64,000 bases of DNA from Marsupella aquatica (lineage: Eukaryota; Plantae; Marchantiophyta): positions 7,309,808-7,373,807 of the forward strand of contig OZ316891.1 in NCBI GenBank assembly GCA_973895155.1, read 5' to 3'. Under the pieces are notes generated by a model. The model was not told the DNA's origin and did not search any database. It saw only the letters and a list, made by a program, of their open reading frames with translations. The position numbers and the translations under genes are program-made. The stretch's first letter is position 1. Every line of letters begins with the position of its first letter. Below, one piece after another: positions 26,177-38,030 of this stretch.

Positions 26177-26829
26177 TGTTATGCATCTACTCTTAGGTGT
26201 AGAGTACCTACTACATATAGCAGGAATTAGGCTTACCGTTGTGCATACTTGGTTAGGTTAAATAGTTGTGCTATATCCTATATAAACAAGCAATGTTTGC
26301 TTGTGGAGTAGGAACTGAGGCTCATTGTTACGGAGCCACTCAAGAGATAGGTAAAACTTTTGTTGTGGAGCTAGAGGTTGTATGGCCATTGGGCCCAGAG
26401 TGTTGTACAACCTCGGGGGTCTCACTACATGGGGACCTCCCCATCACCTGCGACGTTTTTAGGCCTTGGACCCCCTAAAATGTAAGATTTAAAAAAAAAA
26501 AATTAACCCCTATAAAGTTGGAATATTCTTGGAATATTCCAAAAATTGGATTAAAAAGGCCCTAATGTTCTTATAAGTCTCAAAATTGAATTTAAAAGAC
26601 CCTATTGTTCTTCTACAAAAATTCTTAAGTCTTCCCTTACAACCAATAAAATGACCCTATCCTTCGTCGCACGTGATATGTCATTTTTGTGGAAGTAAAA
26701 CCCCCGAGTGTACAACTCTTGTGTGTTCCCATGAATGTAGCCTCATTGACGGTATATCACATAACTCTCTGTGTTTACTACTTGTTTGATGGATGGCTCG
26801 TTGGATGATCACATGTGCATGCTGTTGCA
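26177..26829 (+). mobile_element. Diverged solo LTR of the copia family at 53726, split by a MITE
   Basis: Collinear with the LTR at 53726-54070 (TACTCTTAGGT.TAGAG, ACTTGGTTAGGTTA, GCTCATTGTTACGGAGC, GTGTGTTCCCATG...GTAGCCTCAT). Confidence 0.8.
26412..26708. mobile_element. 297-bp MITE with CTCGGGGGT...ACCCCCGAG termini and 8-bp TSD TGTACAAC; non-autonomous partner of the P-like element
   Basis: TGTACAAC lies at 26404-26411 and 26709-26716. Both ends carry CTCGGGGGT plus a subterminal ATCAC(C/G)TGCGACG. The LTR sequence resumes after the insertion. Confidence 0.9.
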
Positions 26830-26979
26830 AGTTGCCTTTTTGCTCAGCACAAATTTAGGGAAAACTCTTCTAAATTGAGGGAATGTTCTTCTAAAATACA
26901 AACTAAAATTTGGCAAGGGATTAATGAGGGAACAAAAGAGCTTTCATGGTAGGAATATTCCCTTGCTTTTAGTCAGATT

Positions 26980-27264
26980 CCCCGAGGTCCTCACCTCCTT
27001 TCTTCCAACCCATCATGGGCAAAGAAGTTAGGGGTTTTTAATTAAAGAACATTGTTGAAGAAAAATATGGGTGTTTTAATCTAATTTTGAGAATTATCAG
27101 TACTATAGGGGTTTTAATACCAAATTTGGAATTATTCCTGGAATATTCCATAAAGTTAGGGGTTAAAACTAGCAAAATTTTACTTTATTTTCTTAAGTTT
27201 TAGGGTGTTTATTACTTGAAAAATTTGCGCATGGTATGATCTCCCTTGGAGTGAGGCCCCCAAT
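26980..27264 (-). mobile_element. Decayed end of the P-like/MITE family
   Basis: The reverse complement begins TTGGGGGCCTCACT and contains TTAACCCCTAACTTTATGGAATATTCCAGGAATA, resembling the MITE left arm. Confidence 0.6.
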
Positions 27265-27964
27265 GATGCCCAGGCAGATGGACCACCTTGGTTGACATGA
27301 TGTTTTCAGTGTTACATTTTGGGAGGGATGGTTGGTTCCAAAGCTAGACGGACTAAGTTGGGCCAAAGAAGACATTAAGAGCCACACACTTGTTACTCGG
27401 CCAACAGCTAATGAGGTGAAGAGGTCATCAAAATTCAAAACTCAAGTTGCACAATTTCATCGGTTATAAGTCATCTAGCCCTTAACTGTTGGTGAATCTC
27501 AATTTGTAAAAGACGGGGTAAAAGATTGTTAAAATGTGCTGCCAAATTGTTCAATTTCATTGGGTGAAAAAGATGTGATATGCAAACAAAAGTGTAGTCC
27601 CTAGAGAACTGAGAAAGTTACACACAAAGTGGAAGCTCAAATCTGGAGACAAAACAATAGCTACTGACAGTCTAACAAGTTGCACACAAAGTGAGAGCTC
27701 GGACAAAAAATTGGTTACAACTCAGAACTTCATGCCATAGAAGTGTTGAGGTGGGCGTACGGAACATTTTTTTCCCACAACATGTTGGTCTCTTTGAGAT
27801 GATGTGGCAACTATATTGGTTGATTAATGAACTTGACTAATAAAAGATGATATTGTTATCAATGCTCTCAAACCTTTATGAAAGTCATTGATGCCACATG
27901 GAGCACCTAGCGACCAAGATGGACCCCAACAACTTTTCATATCAAAAAAATGTATGAAAAAATG

Positions 27965-28715
27965 TGAATGCTTTCACCCTCTCCATTATTGTCACTGAGG
28001 CATCCACCTGAAAGGGACCAAGCTCGGATGTTTTCTCCCAACAAAAAGGGTGCATGACATTGGCTTCAGGCCAATCTTGCCATTCCTTGGTCATCTACGG
28101 ATGTCTTCAAAGGAGCTCTTGACAACCATGCATCTTTGTATGGGGTTACCCTGTCCACTTCTTGTGAGCTTACCTACCATCCTGCACATGTGGGAAGCCT
28201 TGTGATGCAACATGGGTCCATCTTCTTTAGTGTATTTTGGGTGGCAAGAACATAGTTGTGCATGATGTAGTGAGAGTTTTTATTGCACAAATTGTCTTTG
28301 GGTCATTACGCATGCAATGGGAGGTGGTGCTGGAGTTGCCTGGTCCTCCACCACAACAATTACAGGTTGATCTTAGTTACCATATATGTTCTGTGATGGT
28401 TGACGTACCAACTGACGTTGGGCCAAATGTGTCGCATGAGCTTCATTTGATACCTTCCTCCACCTTGCTCTTGAGATATTTGATGGGCTTCTTTGATAGG
28501 AAATTTGTGATGTTCATGGACAAATAGGTCCCACTAGGTCCCCCAACTATCTATTCTGACCATATACTTATTCCAGCACATTTAGTGACATCACAGTGTG
28601 CTCAAAGCTTTCAAAGCAATATACTGTCAATCTCTCACCATGGGCACTAGTGATAGTGTGCCTCCAAAGATCGAGGCTTGTCCCCGTAGAGGACATCCAT
28701 GCCCTTCCACTATCT
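27965..28715 (+). mobile_element. Decayed CRE-clade fragment (CCHC/RLE region)
   Basis: GGKNIVVHDVVR...EVVLELPGPPPQQLQVDL aligns to GGETIFVHDAVR...EVVLELPGPPSQRLRADL of the 34621 ORF. Upstream AFTLS..TEA, WLQAN, MGLP and CTCGKPCDAT.VHLL also match. Confidence 0.85.
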
Positions 28716-28820
28716 CAGTGCCAATGCATTTCACAGGAGATGTGAAGACGAGACAAAGAAATGCAGATGAGGCAACAAAGTTGTTGAGATATCTTATGTG
28801 GCTGTCATTTTGGCCATATC

Positions 28821-29235
28821 TGCTAGGCAGTTACTCTTAGGTCTAGGATTACTATGTAACCGCGATTAGTCAAGCCATAGTCAGGTGCTTGGCTATGATT
28901 AGGTGTGTAACTACTACTTACACTAGTAGAACTTAATTAGTGGGCAGGACTAATGCTCGTTGTCATGAAGCCAGTTGGGAGATAGGAAGGGCTTAGTATG
29001 TGGAGACTTCGTACGGCCAACAAGCTTGGAGTTCAATAAAACTCTCTTGTGAGTTCCAATGGACGTAACCTCTAGTGAGGTGAACCACATATCTCCTGAG
29101 TTGACTACTTGTGTTTTCGGTGGATGTCAAATATGTGCATGTTGTCTTATGAGTAATGGTCGTTTTACTCCACAATGTTGTCATTGCAGTCAACTGGTTG
29201 TTATGGTCATGTTATCATCGTGGCTTGTGGTATAG
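28821..29235 (+). mobile_element. Diverged copia-type solo LTR (boundaries approximate)
   Basis: TTACTCTTAGGTCTAG near the start and the ATGGACGTAACCTC...GAGGTGAACCACATA motif are shared with the 53726 LTR. Confidence 0.6.
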
Positions 29236-30404
29236 ATGGAAGAATTAAAAGTGCCTCTTTTCACTTAAAGACTAAGGTATCGATCCCTTTAAGAACGGAA
29301 TTGGAACGGATTGAATGTTTCTATCCTTTTGAGAGTTTTAGAGCCTCTTACTCTCTATTTCTCTTACTTACTCTTAACAGAAATAAACAAATCTATGAAA
29401 AACACCAGTATAAAAAACTTATGAGTTATAGATAGAGGTAAACTTAGATTGAGATGATTTAATTATCATTTTAATACTGCCACTCCCTCAAAAAGGATTA
29501 TGGTCTTATTATATATAAAATGGTAATTTCCAACCACTCTCCAATCATCCTTTCTCCAACCTATAATAATGTCGGATGTAAGATTTTCTGCTCACCAAAC
29601 CCAAAGTAACTTTATGGTTACAAATGCAGAGATAAGCCTTATGATGCCATCAACATGATTCGATTAAGTGTGATACACAACTTAAGTCAAATTCTAAGGT
29701 TTATTGTAGTGCATGGTAACGGTACTAATTCCCTTGAAAATGGAATTTTGCTTCTCACAATTACAACATTCATCCTCGAATTGGCTAGCAAATCTCGTCA
29801 CAGCGAGCAAGCCTAGCAGTGAACCCGATATGAATCTCAAAAGTTAATCATTAAACTCAATCACTACACAAGAGTCTTGAATTTAATCACTCTTCAAAAT
29901 CAAAGCTTTATACTTCCATACAAGACCTTGACTCTCAATGACTTGTTACAATGGAAGGAGGAACAATTAATCAGCAATCTCTATTACTGAATAATGGTTT
30001 TGGTCCCTAGTCAAGAAATGACACTAAAAGACTTTATAGGTTTAGGGTCCTAACATAATGGTGGTAGGGAAGGTTATACCCTTTCGAGTCTAACTAAGAT
30101 GGATACAATATTACTCTAATAGTAGGTTACTGCAAAAACTGAGTTTGGGGGCGGAAATGACTAAGTATCATTAGGCTTTTCTGACAGAAAACAATATTTG
30201 ACTATCTTTGCCTATTTTTAATTCCTAATCCGTAACACCCAAAATGATGATTTTAACATAGTGGTAGGTGCTACCTTCAGTCTACAAGCAGGCAAAATCT
30301 CAAACTTTTCTGAGTGGTGTAAGTAGTTCAAAGAAATCGGATAAAAGTGCTATTGGATGAAAATGCAGTCTAATCCTAAAATTTTTTAAGTGTCGGGAAG
30401 AAAA

Positions 30405-30546
30405 AGGTGGACGCTTTCTGAGGCATCAGGATCTGAATGGACGCTTCATGAAGCGTCGGTGTCTTACATTTGTTGGGGATGCGGACGCTTTCAAAAGCGT
30501 CGAGGTCTTCGTCATTGTCAGGGGTGGACGCTTCATGAGGCGTCCT
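30405..30546. repeat. Four palindromic GACGCTT-N4-ARGCRTC motifs (probable transposon subterminal repeats)
   Basis: Copies at ~30410, 30440, 30484 and 30527; the second, GACGCTTCATGAAGCGTC, is a perfect palindrome. Confidence 0.75.
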
Positions 30547-32231
30547 GAAACTGTAAGGCAATAGCAAGGGAGACAATGTTGTTGGAGAGGGCAGCCGCAC
30601 TTGAGACGGGCCATAGCAGCCATGGGGACACAACAGAGGGATCTATTTTATTTTTTTCTACCTTTTTCTCCCGCTCTCCCGCTCTCCTCCTTTTCCCCCA
30701 CCCCTCTGCCCTTCTCCCTGCCCTCCATCTTGCCCTCCATCCTCCCATGCCAGGGGGCCTTCCTCCCTGACGTGCTCCTGGCCTTCTTGTCCATTTCCCC
30801 CTCCCCTGTGACCTCCCTTTCTCTAATTCTGCTCTCCCTCCCTCACCCTTGCTGCCCCCCTTTCTTGATTCCCTCCAAATTGATTGAAAGGAAAATCTCC
30901 TCCTCCATAGCAAAGCCCCAAAACATGTTTACACCAATTTACTTTGGAATACATCTGTCAATCTAAAGATGTAAGAAATATTGAAATCCATCTGTCTAAC
31001 TTGTTCTCTCCTTTTTTAAGTTTGCAAACGGACCATGATGGGGAGATTTTGGCCGGATCCTTTATTATAGTGTTTGATGCATAGTATCTTGTACCTACTA
31101 TAGAAGCAAGTATATCCATTGGGTGTCCCCTTTCAGTCAGTCAAAAGACATAAGAAATATTGGAATACATCTGTCTGGCTTGTTCTCTCCCGTTTCAAGT
31201 TTGCAAACAGACCATGGGGAGATTTTGACAGGATCCTTTATTATAGTGGTTGATGCAATGAAGAATGATATAGATGGCTATGTTCGTCTCTTCTTCTTTT
31301 TTCTCTTGTGTCCTCTTGTGCAGCAGGTTTTCCCCATGGGGCCAAAGATCCCATCATGGACCCAGGTATCCCATCATGGACCCAGGTATCCCAAAGCTCT
31401 TAGTTTAAGAGTTGGATTGCAGGGTTCTTGCAGAGTGAACCTTGAGGGTTTGGTGAAGGCTTATCTTGGAAACAGCTAAGGAGTGGTCAAGAAAGAAAAT
31501 AAAACTTAACATTGCAAAAGTAAGGCCCAACTTGCATGTGGGCAGCAGCCATTTTTTTGTGGGAAAAAATTTGCCAAAAACTTACCTAGAAAAGGGGCTG
31601 GCTAATGATACTCGGGCTAAATTCTGTAAAAAATGGCAGCTGTTTGCCACATCAGGATCAAGGGCTGGTATCATTTGCCAGCAAGCCCGAGGCAAGATAA
31701 GGGCTGTTTGCCTGCTGCTTGTTACCATGCAGTGGAGATAGTCGCCAATAGTTGACAATGAGCTAGTGGAGTTTTTCCAAGAATGAGCTAGCAGAGCCAA
31801 GAATTTTCCCAATAAGTTAATTTCTCAATTTCTATTAAAGAGAGCAGCTGTTCAAGCTACCATTCGCCACTGGGTGCATGCTAAACTTTGGGATTAGCCA
31901 AGGCACTTACTCTTAACCAAATACTATAAGCCAGTAGGATGCAACCCAAAGCACATGCGGTTAGCAAACTCTCCTTTCTCCATTGGCCAGTAGGGAGCCA
32001 CCTTGGCTAATTTTTCTAATACAGAAAAAAATGGCGATGGCATCTAAGGTGAGAGCACCGAGGGCAAAAGCAGGAAACTTTCTGGCCGTTGAGTTCCTGA
32101 GTGTGAAATGACAATTAACAAATGAGCAGGGACACTAAAGCTGGGCACGGTGACACCTTCCCGCAGTACAGAAAGGAGAACTCAGGGCCTCAAAAGAGAA
32201 GACAACTTCCATGCAACACAACCCTAAGTAC

Positions 32232-32568
32232 TATTAAGGATTGCTCTTAGTCTTGTGACTCCAAGGTTACGACAATTAGGTTAACCTCAGTTAGGGACTT
32301 AGCTGAGGTTAGGTTAGTCGTGTGTGACCTTGCATATACCAGGGCTAGTGTAAGTCGCTGGTATGTGGTGCTTGCTCATTGCAACGAAGCAACTAGAAGA
32401 AGAGAGAGAGAGAGAGCTTGTGTGTTTGATTACTCTGAAGTAAAGCTGAAGTGTTGGTGTGGACGTAGCCTTGGAGAAGAGGTGAACCACATATGGATTG
32501 TGTCAATTACATGAGTATGGTATGAGTCATGATTGTATCGTCATGAAGAAAGACGTCATAGTTCAACA
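32232..32568 (+). mobile_element. Copia-type solo LTR
   Basis: Ends TCAACA and shares GGTTAGGTTAGTC, GCTCATTG and GGACGTAGCC...GAGGTGAACCAC with the 53726 LTR. The flanks AGTAC/AGCAC look like a 5-bp TSD with one mismatch. Confidence 0.75.
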
Positions 32569-34468
32569 AGCACAAGCATTTGCTCCTGGGTATTTTACAT
32601 TTTGACTTTTGCTTGAGTGAGAGTAAGGTAGCACGGAAGCATCAGTGGGAAAAAACTTTTCTATCAAGTAAAGTAGTCAAAAACTTTTCAGGGAATTCTT
32701 TTGTGAAACAACGAGAGTAGGGTGCAATCTCCTTTATTACTGACCCCATGGAAGTTCCGTCCAAATTTCCTGGAAGCACGTGCAACCACTTCAGCACTAT
32801 TGGTCACAAAAAAAGAACAGTCCAATATGCAAAGAGTACCAAACAAGATTATGTGTGTTTGAAACAGTCAAAGAAAAACAGTTAGACCATGTAACTGTAA
32901 AAACAATTGAAAACTGAAAAATAATATTTCAAATAAACAAAGAAAGGGGTGAAAAGGGGTAAAAGAAAATAACCTTTGGATGGGTTGTGATTGATATATC
33001 AATGTTTTTCAGTAGATTGTATGAATTTTTAATTTAATTAGCAATTTTTGGGAATAACCATGGATAGAAAGAAACTCTTCAACTACTGTAACATTTACCA
33101 AGGTAATATATGTAAGAAACCATTCGGTTACTATGGAAAAAGGAACACCAAGGGAACATAAAAAACTCTTTGACTATTATGGATAAAGGAATACCAAAGG
33201 AATGTAATTAAGAAACCCTTTGGTTTCTATGGCATTTTGCATGGACTCTATGGACATATGAGTACCAAGGGAACAGTGTGCATGCTTTTCTTCCATGAAT
33301 AATCTACTCGGTTTTTTCTCTCATCTCCATATTCAAACCTATTCCAATAGACAACTCTTCATGTGTTCTAACTTAGTTGTTGAATAACATCAAACTTACA
33401 TAACCAAGGGGTCCTCGAACTAATTTATGGGTCATACAGCAATTTCAACGCAAGATATGAGGACCCAAGGTCAAGAAGCCTGGCAGGTATGTAAAGCCCA
33501 TGCAACCCTTACACCCCACCCCTGCACCGGCAGCTTCTCATAGCATGAGAACCCTCCACATGATCAGACTTATGGTCATCCATGTTCCACTCTTCAAGGC
33601 CACCCCTCCCCAACTCTTCACCTTTATCAAGTACTAGTCTTACTAGGGGTCTTTGAACATAAATAGAGGTGAGGATAAAAAAGCGTGGCTTCACTCTAGA
33701 CAGACACACAATCCAGGCTGTTTTCATTTTATGCCCTCAATTTAAATGATACCCACAGAGTCAGAATCTAGGCTTCACTCTAGACAATAGGCCTGGCCTT
33801 AGCTTTTAACTGCAATTCTATAGTTCACCTATGTGTTACCTGGAGCGCTCATTCAAAATTGCATGTTCTCATGTTTTGCCCCTCCATGCCTCTGCAGGTG
33901 GCGGGTGGAATTTTCATTTGTTTGTATTTTAAAGAATATTGTCTCATTTTCAAAGCAAAAAAAAAAACCTAGCTGTGGATTTTATTGAGAGGTTTCTTTT
34001 GAACCATATACTGCCAGCTGATGTGGATAGGGTTTCTCCAACTTTAGGTACTCTTCCCCAAATGGTAATAAAAAGCTTTTAGAACTATCATATCTAGATA
34101 AATGAAAGAAGAAATAATTTATAAGATACCTAAAAGTGTGAGGATCCTCCAAACGAAAATAATATAGTCTGTCTTGTAGTGTCTACCACAAAAAAAAGAT
34201 TCACATGTTGAGAAGAATAACGAATCATTCCTTTTTAGAGTTTGGATAAAGTTTTTAGTAACCCCTTTAAAGAAAAAACAAATTAGTGACTTGGTACTGG
34301 TGCCCTCAGTGCTTATTCCTTTACAAAGTGTCTTCTTCTCGCTGTTTATTCCTTTACAATTTGTCTTCTCTTCAATTAAACAAAATATACACATACTTTT
34401 TATAGAAAAAGGCCAAATAGAGTACAAAAGAATAAACAAGAGAGGTCCCAAGTGGACAAAACCAAACG

Positions 34469-34568
34469 CAAAAGAAGTGAGCAAAAGGAAACCCTAAAAA
34501 CCAAGAAAGAGGAACTAAAAGAAGTGAGCAAAAGGAAACCCCTAAAAACCAAGAAAGAGGAACTAAAA
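34469..34568. repeat. ~48-bp tandem duplication in the CRE 3' UTR
   Basis: AAAAGAAGTGAGCAAAAGGAAACCC(C)TAAAAACCAAGAAAGAGGAACT occurs twice. Confidence 0.9.
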
Positions 34569-34620
34569 CTACCGCAAATGGATCGAGGTCCTCATCATAC
34601 CTAGCAAATGTGGCAACAAG

Positions 34621-37600
34621 CTAGTGGTCTACATCAAGTGTCGAAACTAGATCGGCAAGTGGGACAGGAATGTCCTCTAGGGGGGCTAGCCGCTGCGGAG
34701 TCACACTAGCACCCACTGTCAGAGATCGACGATAGACAGCCCGAGCTTGAGCACGTTGTAAGGTGACTGAAATGCGTTGGCGAAAGTGCGTGGTCAAAAC
34801 AGATAGCGGGGGCCCGGTGGGACCCATCCAACCGTGAACATCCCGAGCAGCTTGGCAAAGAAGCCCGTCGAACTGATGATGGAGACGCCCAAATATCTCA
34901 AGAGCAAGGGGCAAGAAGCTATCAGATGAAGCTCGTGCAACATATTTGGCCTCCTTCATTGTTGCTGCTCGTGATGCTGCTGCCCCTACCGTTGTTGCCG
35001 CTGTCCCAATGATGTCTTGGCGCAATGGGTTTGCCACCACTACATCTGCCAAAGTACGGTGACCTTCACGGACCATGGTAAGATCCGCCCGTAACCGCTG
35101 TGATGGAGGACCAGGTAACTCGAGCACCACCTCCCGCCGCGCGCAGACCAAAGAGCTAGAGAGAACCTGAGCAGTCGCATCTCTCACAGCATCGTGAACA
35201 AAAATGGTTTCGCCGCCCAAACTGCATCTAAGAAGATGGACACATGTGGCATCACAAGGATTCCCACAAGTGCAAGTAGGAGGTAAACCAGCAAGAAGTG
35301 GGTGGGGCAAGCCCATACGAAGACGCATGGCTGTCGCAATCTCTGCTGAAGACATCCGCAGGTGAGGAATGACTGGATTGGCCTGAAGCCAGCCTCCTGC
35401 GCCCTTCCCTCCGGAAGAAAGAATCCGAGCTCGGTCCGTGTCAGGTGCCTCGGTGAGGATGTTGGAGAGGGTGAAAGCGTGCATATGCCCAGCAAGGTCT
35501 GCCTGAAGACGGACGGGGTCCAAGGATAAAAACTCCTGGAATGAAGGTAACGCAGCTTGAACAGGATCGGGTAATGATGACCGCGCCGTGCGCAAATGAA
35601 CCTGAAATGGGAGGGAACCCTCCTCGACCTCCATGAGAGACAAAAGTGAAAAAGGTCAATCCTCAGTAAGGAAACGATCTGCCAACAATGAGAAGGCGGC
35701 TGCCCACGCGCCCAAGAAGGCCAAAGGTGCAAGGCGCTCAGTGGAAGTAAGCCCAAAACCACCGTGAGAAATAGGAAGACTGAGCTGTCGATGAAGCCAC
35801 GGAGATGAGAGCAAAGTACCTGGCCCTAAAAGAGAGGCCAAAGTTTCACGAATGGAGACATCAAACGCTCGAAGGTGTAGATAAAGATCCTCGATAGGGG
35901 GATGTGTCCGAGCCAAATAGGACGCACGAGGGTGGATGCATCTCAACAACAACCCAAATGCTGCCTGAGAGTCTGCTAACTTAGGGAGCATAGGAGTAGG
36001 GGCTAAGGCAGCCTGGAGAGTGTCAGCAATGAAAGATGAGCAAAAGGAGGCGGTACCGACTGGGGAGCCAAGGACCCGAAGACCGTCGGCTGGACGTAAG
36101 AACCCAGGGGGAAGCGCAAGATCAGAGGGTAACCCAGCTGGACTCCATGCACGACTCTTCACCGGCTGAACCCGTAAACCAAGGCCCAACAAATGGGTGG
36201 AAAGGGTGGCGAGGGCAGAAGTAACAGCAACAGGTGGACCAATGATGTGGGTGTCATCTGAAAGGGAGGGGAAGATACACTGGGGGTGGGCCGCGGAGGC
36301 TTCCCGTAAAGCAGTAAAATGGGCAATGGCAAAAAGAGGCCCACCCAAAGGGTCACCCTGACGTGTACCTTCTGCAGAAGAAAGAGTGGTATACACTCCT
36401 GTAGAGGTGTGATGACTATAGAAGAGGGGGGCCTCGAACCCATAAAAACAACGGACAAAGGGGATAAGGGACTGGATGTCTGGATCCGCTGCCCTCAAAG
36501 CACGAAAAATTGTTGCCCGAGAAACCGTATTGAAAGCATTGGAGACATCAACCTGGAGGACAACCCAATCAGGGTGGAGGTCCAAGGTAGTACGAATACC
36601 CGCAATAACTGTCTCACTGCAAATTGATGTGGAGAGAGATGATCCGATAGTGCAGAGCGATACTACGATGAAAGTGTGCGAGACACCAGACGAAGAAAAA
36701 CCTCTCCAATAGCTATGGGCCGAACACCCGGTGAAGACTTAGCCATGGCCAATAAATGAGAAGCACTCAAAAGCCGAGAGACGGGAGGAGGCAAACGGCC
36801 GGCAGCAATACACTGGCAAAAGGAGAAGAAAACTAGAAAACCAGACTGAGGATCCTCAGGGGGGAATAAATCACGAAAATGCTCAAAGACATAGCGAGAG
36901 GGGCCACCAGCCGCGCAACGCAGAGCATGGAGGAAAGCATAGGTGAAGTGGTCCCTACTAAACTGAAGATCCTCCTCAGGCTCAAAATCCTCCACGAACA
37001 AAGGGAGCTGATCATAGGGCTGCAGATGGAGATCCTGAAGGGCCGTCAAGGTGACCTCGCCAGGGGGGCTGGTGTGGTGGGAGAAAGGGCTTGGACCGCA
37101 CGACGATATTCACCAGCCTGGGCTAAACGACAAGAGCGACAAAGGCGTCTATGCTCTGGAGGATGAGAGTGGCGAGCTGGGTTAGACAAAGCACGGATAG
37201 TAAAGGAACGGGCTCGAAGAAAGTACTCTTCCTGAAGCTGTTCCCAATCTCCCCGCAGAAAACGATGGATACGAGAGGCAGTCTCACAGTGACCCACGCG
37301 ACCACCGTGACTAGGGAGGGTAAGAGTCCCTGTGGAAAAAGCATGAGTAAAGACCAATAGGAGACCTCGATAGGATGCGCCAAGATAAGCTGCATGAGTT
37401 GCAACAAGGATGACCGAACTAATGGGTGCAACGCTAGTGGGATGTGGTTATAAAGGCGAGGTCTAATGTACCCTGGATGGTAGGCTGGAAGGGGGTCTAG
37501 AGAGCGAACCCAACTCCATGCCTGCTCAGAAGCCTCCAAGGAAGGAGGGGCAGAGCTAACTGGGTCAAGAGGGGGCTGGGGCTGGGATTGTGCTTGCTGG

Positions 37601-38030
37601 CGACGTTGGCACCGGCCCCGCCCGCGGTGATGAGGAAGGGAGAGGCCAACCCAGCCACACTCAGGACAAGTATGCAGGGGACGCTCATGTGGGGAGGGAG
37701 CAGGGAACGACTGGACAGGAGGTGGGGGGGGGGAACCGACGTGGATGAAGAGGCCGGAGGGGGATGCTGGAGGGGTGGAGGGGGTATGGGGTGGGGAGAG
37801 GAGCCAGGGCGTCGATGGGGTGGGCAGTAGACTGGGGGGACTGGCAGAGCATCGGGCACGGGGTCATCACGAAGATGAGAGAGATCCAATGAAGAAGAGC
37901 AAACACGAAGGCGACCACGAGGCGGGGGGGAGGAGGGGGGAGAACTGTGTGGGGGGGCTGGGCGCTTTCCCCGCGCCAACACTCTCAACGTAGACATGAC
38001 AGGTCGCAACCCGATAAAAGCAAACATCAA
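34621..38030 (-). pseudogene. CRE-type single ORF (RT-CCHC-RLE) broken by several frameshifts
   Basis: ORF-track pieces 37123-37539, 37046-37357, 36663-37049, 35656-36585 and 34621-35643 join into one canonical domain order. Confidence 0.85.

Noticed and set aside
34488-34550. AAACCCTAAA as a telomeric target of the CRE element
   Set aside because: These are single units inside a duplicated 3' UTR segment, not a telomeric array.
37720-37960. G-rich tract as a functional G-quadruplex
   Set aside because: It is explained by the Pro-rich coding sequence of the CRE ORF on the opposite strand.
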